Assembly: GCA_041178425.1 (NCBI GenBank)
Contig: JBEGVH010000014.1
Coordinates: 32,001 to 96,000, forward strand
Direction: 5' to 3'
DNA length: 64,000 nucleotides
From: Pseudomonadota bacterium
Lineage (GTDB): Bacteria > Bdellovibrionota > Bdellovibrionia > Bdellovibrionales > Bdellovibrionaceae
In this document: in pieces, positions 29,185-39,800 of the stretch
Position numbering within the stretch: position 1 is the stretch's first letter
How the letters are laid out: the number at the start of each line of letters is the position of its first letter
Position numbers and translations under genes: made by a program
Notes under the pieces: model-generated
What the model saw: only the letters and a program-made list of their open reading frames with translations
Database searches by the model: none
What the model was told of the DNA's origin: nothing

Positions 29185-29724
29185 CTAACGACGACCAGAC
29201 TTAATTTTGACTAGCAATTTTGAAATTAAATGAACGGCCATTTTTTCTTGAACGCGACACATCTTCAATTCATCTTTACGGTAAGAACGCTGGGACGGAG
29301 TCAGTGTGCCTGTCTCTAATTCCATTTCGTAATCGAGCTTACTTGAGCGAATGCCCTCAAGCTCTTTTGATTGCTGCTTAAAAAGCTTAGTCACACCACT
29401 CAAAGGTGCCACTTCAATCCACTCTTCCTTAGAGCGGTACCAACTGACCATTCTTAAAAATCTCGCTTTATTCTTAGCTAAAGTAAACCGAGGATATTGA
29501 GACTCCTCAAGGTCTAAAATATTGTCGATGAGATCAAGATCAACTGTATCCTCAACCTCTTCAATATTTTTTAGGGCTTTGAACTCTTTTTCGAAGTCTT
29601 TCTCAAGAGTCTTTTGCCGATGGGGTTCACCATCATAAGGCTCATTTTCAGCAGCATCAAAATCACCAGATTCTAATTCATCGTTTAGGTCTAGGTCTGT
29701 ATCGAGATCTGTATTTACGCCCAC
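29185..29724 (-). CDS. Hypothetical protein with very acidic N-terminus
   Basis: GTG start at 29724 after SD GGGAG, D/E-rich N-terminus, helical C-terminus. Confidence 0.7.
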   Translation of the reverse strand: MGVNTDLDTDLDLNDELESGDFDAAENEPYDGEPHRQKTLEKDFEKEFKALKNIEEVEDTVDLDLIDNILDLEESQYPRFTLAKNKARFLRMVSWYRSKEEWIEVAPLSGVTKLFKQQSKELEGIRSSKLDYEMELETGTLTPSQRSYRKDELKMCRVQEKMAVHLISKLLVKIKSGRR

Positions 29725-30038
29725 GTTTATCTCCCAAAAGTTCCAAATTAGGGCCAAAAAAGACCCAGGTTGTCACTTAGCTTAAATTAACCAAAAATGG
29801 CTTTCGGAGGTTATACCTCATCGGAACCCATTGTCACAATATGTCATTTTTCTAGGGATAGAAATATTTTCAAGTAATTTCAAGGAACTAACGACTTGAA
29901 GTCATTTGTTCTCTCCCAAACTCTGAACTATTCAGCGTTGCTGACTCACAAAATTAAGTCTGAAACCACAGAGCCAAAACTCAGAAATTTTCTATCCGTA
30001 GGCCCTCCATGCGATTGTAGTGCCAAGGCTTCTTTAGA

Positions 30039-30428
30039 CTATTTTTTGAGAAAGGGGCAAAAGCCGAGCCTAAGCCCCATGCTTTCAGGAAACTTTCGAC
30101 ACACACCGGGGCGTCGATCATAAACCGAGCAAAGCCTATTAGAATCCAAAAACTGACAATCACCGTTGGGTTTGGACTCCATCAGGAACAGACCCGTGCT
30201 ATCACGGTAACTTTTGATTATACCTCTTTTTTTCAATAACTTAGAGACTCTCTGTAAATCCTTTTTGGTGCCCTCACCAACGTCGCCTGCATCTACCACA
30301 CGAAGCCCAACCAAATCTTCAATTTGAACTTCCAGTGGCATCGTACAGCACGTTGCCAGGCATTCTTTGCAAAGAGATTTCTTATACGGACGCCAAGTAA
30401 ATGGTTTGTTTTTATCAACCATTATCAC
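30039..30428 (-). CDS. YkgJ family cysteine-cluster (CxxCxxxCC) protein
   Basis: CKECLATCC...CQFL...CSVYDRRPGVCRKFP. Confidence 0.88.
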   Translation of the reverse strand: MIMVDKNKPFTWRPYKKSLCKECLATCCTMPLEVQIEDLVGLRVVDAGDVGEGTKKDLQRVSKLLKKRGIIKSYRDSTGLFLMESKPNGDCQFLDSNRLCSVYDRRPGVCRKFPESMGLRLGFCPFLKK

Positions 30429-30449
30429 CCTCTAAGCTGCTGATAGGAT

Positions 30450-32171
30450 TTAATGTAAATTCTGGAGCGCAATGAACCGGGAGTACTCCCCACCAAAACC
30501 AAGAAGTTCGGCATGGTTGCCCACTTCAATGATTCGGCCCTGCTTCATTACAACAATTTTATCCGCCCGCACAACAGTCGAAAGCCGGTGAGCAATCACG
30601 ATGGTCGTTTTCCCCTGCATCAGATGCTCCAGACCCTTCTGTACTTCGACCTCGCTGGCGCTATCAAGGGCACTGGTTGCTTCATCGAGAATAAGGATGG
30701 GCGCATTTTTAAAGACAGCCCGAGCAATAGAAACTCTCTGCCTCTCCCCACCCGAAAGAAGCCCTCCTTTATCTCCAACAGGGCTATCGTAACCCTTGGA
30801 CATTTTGGAGATAAAATCGTGTGCATTCGCTGTTATCGCTGCAGGAATGATCCCAGAGGGGTCCTTAGAAAAATCGCCTGAATGAATATTGCGCCCAACC
30901 GATTCACTAAATAGAAATACATCTTGGGTCACTAATCCGATGTTTTTACGAAGGTCTTTCAATGCAAACTGACGAATGTCACGGCCATCAATCTGAACTT
31001 CTCCAGAGCTGGGATCAAAAAAACGTTGTAAGAGATTAACTAAAGTAGATTTTCCACTCCCACTTTCACCAACAATCGCAACCACCTCTCCCCTCTTTAC
31101 GGTGAGATTAATATCATGAAGGACAGGGGCCTCCTGATATTTAAAGCCAACATGGTTAAAGTGAATGTTTGACCATTGTTCGGGAAAGGTTTCGCAATTC
31201 AATGGCTCAGAGATGACGGTGTTATCATCGATGATCGAATAGACTCTCTCTAGGGAAACCACAGTCTCTTGGAGCTTAACGAAAGCCTCTTGAAATTTTT
31301 TAATTGGCGACTGAAGCATCATCAACGCGCCTAAGTAACTTCCAAAATCACCGAGACTCGCCTGCCCAGAGGAAATTCGGGTGCCTATGTAGTAAAAAAT
31401 TACCATTATCACACCCGTCGCTATAAATTCGGTCACGGGGCTAGTTAATTCTCCCCGTGCATGAATTCTTCGTCGAGCCGCCAAATAGTCGTTGGCAGCC
31501 AATTGGAAACGCCTCTGCATCTCTTTTTCGAGCCCAAAAGATTGTATAACTCTCATTCCATCGAGACTTTCTTTTACAATCGTCGCTACTCTCTCAAGAA
31601 CTTGCTGACTTCCGTGTCCATACTTCCGTAAGGAGCGAGCAATCTGTCGCAAAAATATTAAGAGTGGCGGTAACACAACGAAAATGAGGAGAGTTAACTG
31701 GGCGTCTCGATAAAAGAGGGTTCCCATCAAAAGTATGAATGCTAGCGGCTGGGTAAACACATCGGCAACTAAACGGAGCCCATGCTGTACAGACACCACA
31801 TCACTTAGAATTCTCGAAATGAGGCCGCCAGAACCACCTGCATATTGGGAGTGGAAGCTCTGATTCAGAGTCATGAACTTCCACTGAAGTTGTTGCCGAA
31901 AACTCATTGTGACGAGATCAGCAATATAGTTCATGACGGCTAAATGAATATAACGCCCAACAACCATGAAAAAAGTGATTAGTAACATCTTAGGAGGAAC
32001 TTGCGAGATGATCTCTGCGTTCATCGAACCGAGGGCATCGAAAAGATCTTTTAGGCGCAAGGATATTTGCCACTGGGCAAGACTCATCACGACCCCTGCA
32101 ATGGCCATGATCACAACAAGTCGCTTATGAGGCTTAAGCTCTTTCAACAGTCTCTTAATGACATTCCACAT
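30450..32171 (-). CDS. msbA: MsbA-like ABC exporter (fused permease and ATPase)
   Basis: TM domain plus GESGSGKST, LSGGERQR, DEATSALD, IAHRLST. Confidence 0.8.
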   Translation of the reverse strand: MWNVIKRLLKELKPHKRLVVIMAIAGVVMSLAQWQISLRLKDLFDALGSMNAEIISQVPPKMLLITFFMVVGRYIHLAVMNYIADLVTMSFRQQLQWKFMTLNQSFHSQYAGGSGGLISRILSDVVSVQHGLRLVADVFTQPLAFILLMGTLFYRDAQLTLLIFVVLPPLLIFLRQIARSLRKYGHGSQQVLERVATIVKESLDGMRVIQSFGLEKEMQRRFQLAANDYLAARRRIHARGELTSPVTEFIATGVIMVIFYYIGTRISSGQASLGDFGSYLGALMMLQSPIKKFQEAFVKLQETVVSLERVYSIIDDNTVISEPLNCETFPEQWSNIHFNHVGFKYQEAPVLHDINLTVKRGEVVAIVGESGSGKSTLVNLLQRFFDPSSGEVQIDGRDIRQFALKDLRKNIGLVTQDVFLFSESVGRNIHSGDFSKDPSGIIPAAITANAHDFISKMSKGYDSPVGDKGGLLSGGERQRVSIARAVFKNAPILILDEATSALDSASEVEVQKGLEHLMQGKTTIVIAHRLSTVVRADKIVVMKQGRIIEVGNHAELLGFGGEYSRFIALQNLH

Positions 32172-32190
32172 GAAGGCTTCCTTTGAATAC

Positions 32191-32219
32191 CTTCTAACTC
32201 AGCCGACCAGGGATGTCAA
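32191..32219 (-). promoter_or_regulatory. Sigma-70-type promoter TTGACA-N17-TAGAAG
   Basis: Perfect -35 and 17-bp spacing upstream of the msbA-like gene. Confidence 0.5.
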
Positions 32220-32227
32220 AAATTCAC

Positions 32228-32947
32228 TTAAGCGGCAATAAGGTCATTCAACATTTTCTGTGTTTTTGAAGTTAAGTCAGAAAAAACAAGGCGCCTTCGA
32301 TCCTGTAAATCACCAGAAACTTTGCCCTGAAACGCAAATTGTTTCTTTCCTGCTGGGCTATCAATGATGAAAACGATTTCAAATGGACCACTTTTTAAAT
32401 CAAATGGAATGGCTTTATCGAGCAATACCCCGCTCGAAGAGAGATTGACCGTTTGAGTTCTAAAGCTTTTGCCTCCACTGGCAATGATCACCTCAATTTT
32501 TTTAGTCACTCTCGCAGATCTCCGACGATCAACTCCCAAACCCAGGGCCGGTGGTTTTGGAGGCCTCGAAAAAGTCAGATCATCTCCATGAAAGTCTCGA
32601 AACTCATTAGACTCATCAGCGGTTTCTTCACGCAAAAAGGTGCGTACCTCGGAATACTCCTCTGGGATTCGCGTCTGGGTTTTTTCCTGTTCTAGGGGGG
32701 GATTTGAATCGGCGACACGCCCTTTGGTGCCAGGAAGATGAATGAGCATGCGAATCTTGCTTTCCTTCACGTCAACAATATTTCGAAGCGGAAGCCAATC
32801 ACGAAAAAACGGATTCCAAGCCCACCAATGGTCAATATTCACATTTCGCAGATTACTTAAAAAGTCTTCGGCCCCCGACTGTGAGAGACGTCGTGATACA
32901 ACCCGGGTTTTAGAATCAATGAACAACCAATAAAGACCGTCTTCCAT
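32228..32947 (-). CDS. GYF_2-like plus PilZ domain protein
   Basis: WWAWNPFFRDWLPL, then RRRSAR and NLSSSG PilZ motifs. Confidence 0.78.
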   Translation of the reverse strand: MEDGLYWLFIDSKTRVVSRRLSQSGAEDFLSNLRNVNIDHWWAWNPFFRDWLPLRNIVDVKESKIRMLIHLPGTKGRVADSNPPLEQEKTQTRIPEEYSEVRTFLREETADESNEFRDFHGDDLTFSRPPKPPALGLGVDRRRSARVTKKIEVIIASGGKSFRTQTVNLSSSGVLLDKAIPFDLKSGPFEIVFIIDSPAGKKQFAFQGKVSGDLQDRRRLVFSDLTSKTQKMLNDLIAA

Positions 32948-32968
32948 TTAAAGTTTCTCCCCGGCTCT

Positions 32969-33742
32969 TTAAGCGGCTTTCTGCTCGACAATTTTTTTCA
33001 AGGCCGTTTGCATTGAGCTATTGACTCTCACAAAACGCAACCCCAAACGAAACTTTACCGGTTCTCCCTCTGAACTCGATTTCATACAATTCATCACCTC
33101 GCAGTGAACATTGAAGGCAGGAACTTCTTTAGACGGACGAAAATGAAGAGTTAAAGCTTCACCTTTTTTGAAGGAATGAAGGGGAATTTCAACGCCAGCT
33201 CCCCCGCTGCTGATTTCAAAACCCGTCGCATTCCAAAGCTTTTTATTATTGTGAATAATCAGAGAGGATCCGTGATGAACTCGCGGCGAGCTTCGCCGAT
33301 AATGCATGTTAAAGCCAGCGCGCTTTGGATCTATAAAAGGCTTCATTTTCTCTTTGGTAAAGTGACCACACGCAGAGATCAACTCCCAAGCCTCCATCGA
33401 TGGGGACCAAACGTAATCAAATTCGAATGCGGTTTTATCTTGCAACATTTGAACGATGTCTTTGTAGTCAAAAGGTCCCATTTGAGTGTTATCTCTTAAA
33501 AGAAACCAATGATTATTTTCTTTTTCAACTTCGATAGGCTTTGTGATTTCATCTCTTTTGCTAAGATACTCACAAAACGATTTGGTTAATTCGAACTTAG
33601 AAAGCAAAACCCAATCGTTAACTTTTGGATTGTAGAGATAATCATGGGGAGCTAAGTAACCTGATTTAATTTTATCCTCAATTAATTCGAGCGAGTGTGG
33701 ACCTTCTTGATGCCCATTACGAGAAACAAAATAAACGACCAT
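32969..33742 (-). CDS. Tandem GYF_2 (DUF4339) plus PilZ domain protein
   Basis: YFVSRNGHQEGPHS, WFLLRDNTQMGPF...VWSPSMEAW, RRSSPR, EISSGG. Confidence 0.85.
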   Translation of the reverse strand: MVVYFVSRNGHQEGPHSLELIEDKIKSGYLAPHDYLYNPKVNDWVLLSKFELTKSFCEYLSKRDEITKPIEVEKENNHWFLLRDNTQMGPFDYKDIVQMLQDKTAFEFDYVWSPSMEAWELISACGHFTKEKMKPFIDPKRAGFNMHYRRSSPRVHHGSSLIIHNNKKLWNATGFEISSGGAGVEIPLHSFKKGEALTLHFRPSKEVPAFNVHCEVMNCMKSSSEGEPVKFRLGLRFVRVNSSMQTALKKIVEQKAA

Positions 33743-33859
33743 TATGTAGCCCCTCCGATACGGTTTTCTCCTTCAATGGTAAATCATTTTCTCGAGAAAA
33801 ACTTAAAACTGGCCGCTTTCTAGCCATCAGACCGGAGGGACTGTTTCAATTTAAAACAT

Positions 33860-35371
33860 TTACTTTGCTCGACTGGCCCTTGATTTTAAAAATTGAGCCA
33901 TTAGTTGAACCCCTTGCCCACTACCGCCGGTAAATGACAACCCACCAGTGGGCTTGTCATTCCAGGCATAGATATCGATGTGTGCCCACGGAGTCGAACC
34001 AACAAACCTTTCTAAAAACATGGCGGCAGTGATTGCTCCCCCAAACCCATCCACAGCGTTCGTCATAGAGGCAACAGAACTGTTCATCTGAGAACCATAT
34101 TTTGAAACGAGTGGCATTCGCCAACAAGGTTCACCGGAGGATCTCGCCGCAAGTAGAAGTTGTTTGGCCAACAAATCATCGTTGGAGAAAAGACCAGGTA
34201 TGTCAGCACCCAGAGCCACTTTGATGGCCCCTGTGAGAGTTGCCAAATCAATCACCAGATCAGGTTTCTCCTTGTTATTGATAGCAACATCGAGAACATC
34301 TGCAAGCACCAATCGTCCTTCGGCATCGGTGTTATGAACCTCAACTGTGACGCCGCTCCGGGCTTTGAGGATGTCGCCAGGACGAAAAGAGTTCGGACCA
34401 ATCGCATTCTCTGCTAAACCTAAATAAAAATCACAGGGTACATTGAGTTGCATTTTTTCAAGCCAAACACAAAGAGCAAAAGTAGAAGCCGCGCCTCCCA
34501 TGTCTTTCTTCATCAAGCGCATACCTGAAGAGGGTTTGATATCAAGCCCTCCACTATCAAAAGTCACTCCCTTACCAACAATCGCAATAGGGTTCTTTTT
34601 GCTCCCCAGAGGGCGATACCTCAAGTGCACCATCCGAGGCCCCTGGGCAGCCCCCTGACCAACCGCAAGATGAAGCCCCATGCCCTCATCCTGAAGACGC
34701 TTTTGGTCCCAGGTAGTAACCCTCACTGTTTTTGATTTCTTGAAAAAGCCTTCAGCCAATTCGGCAAACGATCGCGGATTCAAGTCGTGACCCGGCAAAT
34801 TAACTAGATGGCGAGCCCAATTAATTGAATACGCTAAGTCAGCGGCTTCTTTGAGTCGTTTGGGATTAAATCCTCGCCCCTGACTTGAGATTGAAATCGT
34901 TGGCAATCCCTCTAACGTTTTCTGACCTTCATAAACAGAACGAAACTGATAAGCACCGAGGTCAAACCCAACAATAACACCTATCTCTTCTTCGGGAGAT
35001 GCTCCCCAAAATTCTATATCTAGGCGCGGAATCTGGAGTGCTCGAAGCACGCCAACCAAAGCACCCGCGCTGTCTCTGGCTTGAGTGTAAAGGGAATCCT
35101 GAAAATTGCCCTCGTGTTGAGTTTGTTTTTTCTTTGAGCGTCTTTGAATCCATACAGGACCGGAGTTACCAACAAAGTGCAAAGTTTCTTTTTCGTTTTT
35201 AAGTAAGCTCTCTCTCTGGTAATCAAGAGAATACATCTCTATGATGGACTTAAATTTCTTTTCTGGACGATCTCCTAAAAAGAAATAAAATCCCTGCCCT
35301 TTTAAGTTATCTTTGTTTTTTTTGACCTCGAACGTCTGACTCCACTGTGGCAAATTCAGATTTAAACTCAT
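33860..35371 (-). CDS. M17 leucyl aminopeptidase family protein
   Basis: VGKGVTFDSGG, MKKDMGG, NTDAEGRL, ATLTGA. Confidence 0.95.
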   Translation of the reverse strand: MSLNLNLPQWSQTFEVKKNKDNLKGQGFYFFLGDRPEKKFKSIIEMYSLDYQRESLLKNEKETLHFVGNSGPVWIQRRSKKKQTQHEGNFQDSLYTQARDSAGALVGVLRALQIPRLDIEFWGASPEEEIGVIVGFDLGAYQFRSVYEGQKTLEGLPTISISSQGRGFNPKRLKEAADLAYSINWARHLVNLPGHDLNPRSFAELAEGFFKKSKTVRVTTWDQKRLQDEGMGLHLAVGQGAAQGPRMVHLRYRPLGSKKNPIAIVGKGVTFDSGGLDIKPSSGMRLMKKDMGGAASTFALCVWLEKMQLNVPCDFYLGLAENAIGPNSFRPGDILKARSGVTVEVHNTDAEGRLVLADVLDVAINNKEKPDLVIDLATLTGAIKVALGADIPGLFSNDDLLAKQLLLAARSSGEPCWRMPLVSKYGSQMNSSVASMTNAVDGFGGAITAAMFLERFVGSTPWAHIDIYAWNDKPTGGLSFTGGSGQGVQLMAQFLKSRASRAK

Positions 35372-35387
35372 ATTAACTCCAATCCTT

Positions 35388-36629
35388 TTATTTTTTCAGA
35401 GCAGGACAACCTTTTCCATCAACGACTTCTCCTTCTGGAGTTTTTGGACAGCGATCTTCAAAATCGGGAATCGAATCATTATCACTATCGATGGGACATC
35501 CATCTTTATCGACCTTTACACCTCGAGGTGTACGGGAGCACATATCATTGTCGTCTTCGATGCCGTCTCTATCACTATCTTCGATAATCATCGATTGATC
35601 ATTAGTAGCGTCCATCTCCCCAATTTCGTCGGCGGAGCCAAAAACAGGCCTTTGATCAAGAATCGAGTCAGAGTCTTTTTTTGCGCTCACAAAACCAAAA
35701 TCCCAACTTGCTCCTGCTAAGAGCCGCCAATCCGGACTCATCGTTCCCTTAAGAACTTCAGTTCCACATCCTACCGTCCAACGAAAAGATCGAGAGGGGC
35801 TTGCACGCAGACCAAAAATGGCCTCGGCTGACGAAATATCTTTTGCCCTCTGATAGGCTCCCTTATCGATAGGATAGGCCGTGAAAAATTCTGCCATCCA
35901 ACTCAACTTTGGCTTTTTCTCAAATTGACGTTGATAACCCACGGAGGCGATCAGTTGATCTTCTAAAGGAAAAACAGGCGATTCAACATAGTGCTCACCC
36001 GGCGATCGAAAACGAAGACCCGCATTGAAGGCATACGATTCTTTTTGGGTTCCCTTCTCGAAAACACCTTCCATGGTCACAATAGGCGTTTGATGATCTC
36101 CTAAAAATCCATCTTGCCGGGTGTTTGGCAAATTGATCGAAGCAACAACAGCGATCCCTTTGCTATCACCATCGCCTTCACTTGGGCGCTGAATTACATA
36201 TTTCAATTGATTATGAATCATCGAAATTCCCCTCTGAGCAAGATAGGTCCGATCACTCTCTGGGTTTATGGTTTGGCCTAAATGAAAAGGGAGTGCAAAA
36301 CCAAACTCCAAATCGGGAGTAATTCCATAAGCAAAACCAAATTGCCCCGCAGCGAGTTGATCCTCTACCTGATGTTGAACTTGATTGTTTGCTGGAACAT
36401 CATAGGCAAAAAGGTTATTACCACTATAGCTCCCATAAACATACATTCGCCACTTGTTCTCACGGACCCCTTCGGCCGAATGAACCGTGATATAATTACT
36501 TTGCGATGGGCTCGGAAAAAAACCTTGATAGCTCACCCCTAAAACATTTCCTAGGGCCGTCGAAAAAAATGACGTTGAAACCACGCCCGACACAAAAACT
36601 TTAGTCATTAAAAAACGAATATTACGCAT
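35388..36629 (-). CDS. Outer membrane beta-barrel protein with C-terminal thrombospondin type-3 (Ca-binding) repeats
   Basis: Signal peptide, amphipathic strands ending ASWDF, then DSDRDGIEDDNDMC...GCP and DSDNDSIPDFEDRCP...GCP. No OmpA_C domain. Confidence 0.75.
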   Translation of the reverse strand: MRNIRFLMTKVFVSGVVSTSFFSTALGNVLGVSYQGFFPSPSQSNYITVHSAEGVRENKWRMYVYGSYSGNNLFAYDVPANNQVQHQVEDQLAAGQFGFAYGITPDLEFGFALPFHLGQTINPESDRTYLAQRGISMIHNQLKYVIQRPSEGDGDSKGIAVVASINLPNTRQDGFLGDHQTPIVTMEGVFEKGTQKESYAFNAGLRFRSPGEHYVESPVFPLEDQLIASVGYQRQFEKKPKLSWMAEFFTAYPIDKGAYQRAKDISSAEAIFGLRASPSRSFRWTVGCGTEVLKGTMSPDWRLLAGASWDFGFVSAKKDSDSILDQRPVFGSADEIGEMDATNDQSMIIEDSDRDGIEDDNDMCSRTPRGVKVDKDGCPIDSDNDSIPDFEDRCPKTPEGEVVDGKGCPALKK

Positions 36630-36851
36630 CGATCCCCCTGCCGCAAAGTTGGCGTACATATAAAATATTTACCAACGGCCTTCGATCCAAGTTTAATAGT
36701 CTGCTTCGCTAAGTCACCAAAAAATCGGCAATATTTTGAAAATCTCTTAGACTCAGCCCTCTCTGCTAAAGCACATGGACAATAGAGGGGCGCACGAAAC
36801 TTGAAGAGTAGACGCTTGGATTATTAGATACCCGTTAACTGGAGACGATTC

Positions 36852-39800
36852 ATGGCCAAGATCAAGAAAAAGTTCCAAACCATTTTATGGATTCAAGGCT
36901 TGCTGTTGGTGTTGTTTTCTTTCGATGCTCGGGCCGAATCGTTCGATTGGGTGAGCCGTCTCACAAGCATTAGTGCCAACATGGAACCTTCAATCTACTC
37001 AATCACTTCGATTTCTGGCTCCTCCCAAGTGATTGAAACCGAACCCGACTTGGGATTCCCTACTGCCAAGCTCTACACCTTCAAGCTTTGTCTCGCCCAC
37101 GCACAATCTAATGAACCTTTATTGAATGCTACTCTCGGCCTCGAAGGCGCTGGCTCTCCCATTAAACCTCAACGACTTGACTCGTCTTGCCTCACTTGGA
37201 TGGAGAGCATCAACTATCACTACACGGCCCCATCCCGATTTGTTTCCCTCATTCGCACACTTCAAATCCAAACCCAAGACGAAAAGAAAAACGTACAGTC
37301 AATCAGCATTCCTTTCCGTTTGGCTATCAACCCCTGGCTTCATGGGGAACCCTCATCGATACCCGAGGTGGCCGATTTTATAAAAAATAAACCAAGAAAT
37401 AGTGTTCCGCCGGCTGAAGCGACCAAGGCTCTTTTAGGCCAAACGTCTAAAGGGGGTGACGTTTCCGTTATCGTTAATGACTCCCGGATTAACTTTCAAG
37501 AGCTCGGCATCGACTCGAAAAGTGGTGGTAAGTTTATTTTCGACTTCCGCACAAACCCCCAAATTGAAGTTCTAAACACGGCCAATCAGCCCGTGTTTAT
37601 TAAACTCAACCAAGGCGAATTCCATTTCGAGGCCTATCTTCTTTCGACGCTCTCTGAAGGTGAAAATCAGGTTCGTCGAATCATTAATCCAGAGCCAATA
37701 AAGGGGACCGCGTTACTCCGTGATGGAGCCCTCGCATTTCAAACAGAAATAACCCTTCCATTTATTCCAACCAGAGGGCGCTTAGAATTGGCCGTCATTC
37801 TAAAAGCAAATCAAAATCAACCATTTCTTAAACCCTTTAAAGGTATTTACATTCTTGGAAACTACAACGACTTAAAAACTAATCTCTTTGCCAGAATTAA
37901 AACTGGTTACACCAATGCGAATTCAAAATTCCAATTTGAGGATTATCTTGGTTTAAATAAACAGTCCGATAAAACCTACGCGGCAAAAAATAGCCAAGAT
38001 GGGATGCGGCAATTGAAATACGAATTTGAACCTCTCCAGTTTAAAATCACTCGAGTTGGCAACGAAACAGCGACTCGCAGAGAAGTTTATTACCAAGTCA
38101 AAGCCTGCGTGAGAAATGGTGTCGATAATTCTCCTTTACGAGGTTATCACTTTCAGATCATTAAAGGTGGAACCAGCCTTCGCTCTGAACTCGACCTCAA
38201 ACCAACCATGAGACCTTCCGAGTTTGATAGCTGTATTTATTGGGATGATCGTATCGACCATAACTATTATTCTAACCAAAAGTACTTTAAACAGGAATAC
38301 AGAATTCTCAACCGAGATCTTAATCTCGACGAAACTGTCGTTGCCTACATCAACCCATGGGAAATGATCCTAAGTAGAGATGCACGAACGATTGAACCTG
38401 AAGAAATCGCAAGAGAAAACACTGAATCAAAAGGATCAGCGATCATTGCTCTGACGAGTTTTCAAGCCCAAACCCGAACTATTCACTACGCCGTAGACCG
38501 AACAATGAGTTTGAAAATAAACAAAGACGTTCATTTAATTTTGGAACCCAAAATAATGAACTACTCAAGCCTATCAAAAGGTATTGATGGACGAGAGCCC
38601 ATTCGGGATGGAATCTGGAAGATTCGTTGGGCCCTTCTTCACAACAGGTATGAAAGCGAAGGCACGTCTTTTCGACCGATTAGCCAAGGCGAAACTTTAA
38701 CAATAGCATCAAACGGACGAATTATTCTCCCTGTGACATTTAGATTTGATGACTTTCGAACCATCAGCTCAAGAAACTACCTCATGATAGAAGTAGCACC
38801 CGTTGATGCCACCATGGTCACGACTACTCTCGATGGAAATCTTGTTCCCAAAGACGGCAAACCTTTAGCAATGGTCGTTGATTCCCAGGGTGGGTTTCTT
38901 CCACAAACATTCATTGGTCCTATCCTTACTGTTGGCGATTCTGATACTTCCTACTTAATACCTCATCCAGAAAATCCCGCCCTCAAACTCTTTTTACCCC
39001 AAGGGGTCAACGGACATCAAATTTCGCAAAACGAAGTTTTTCTCTTCGAGAAACAAGCGCCTACATGGACAACGCTCTCAGAAATGAACAACCCGGCTGC
39101 CGAGGTGAGCGAATCTCAACTGGTGCAGTGGCGAAATACAGCTCTCACTGCTAACCAGATCCGCACCTTTAATCTTTACGACGCTAACGATATTAGAACT
39201 TTGAGAAAAAAAATGGGCCCCTCGGCCTTTACCCTCCAAAATTTTTCGAAGAACTATGGCCGCGAACTTTTTCAGCCAGAAATCGTTATAAGATCCATTG
39301 AGGCAAAAATACTATCTGCGGAGCTTGAAGATCGATTGTGTTTCTACTTTTTTGATCTAGATGCCAAGCAAACAGTGCGCTTTAATAATAATATTGCACC
39401 TTGGATACAAACAGACCGATGGCTAAAAAAGTGTTTGCAATCTGTGACCTCCCGCTCAAACGCTATGTCTTTCTTCAGAGCCGAACACGAAACGACTGTT
39501 GAATCTATCGATAGAACATCTCTTAGAGAGAGCTCCGCCCTCAATCTTGGAATTGGCACAAGCTTCAGCGTTAGCTCCTCTGAGTCCACAAGCACCTCGT
39601 CGAGTTTGGGCGCTTCTACGAATATAGGTCTCAGTCTCAAGGCTTCTGACATGGTTTCCATGGGAGCAAGCACAAGTTATAGTATTTCGCGAAGCGAGAG
39701 CCAGAATCAGGGATCCTCAAATAGCCTGTCACTGTCTGCCGGGGTAAACCTTAGCATGAGAAAAATAAGTCTCTTGATTGAGGGGACGACGTCCGAGCGC

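Noticed and set aside
36790..36805. GCGCAC-GAAAC-TTGAA upstream of the giant secreted protein
   Set aside because: Both invariant dinucleotides are mismatched, too weak to call sigma-54.
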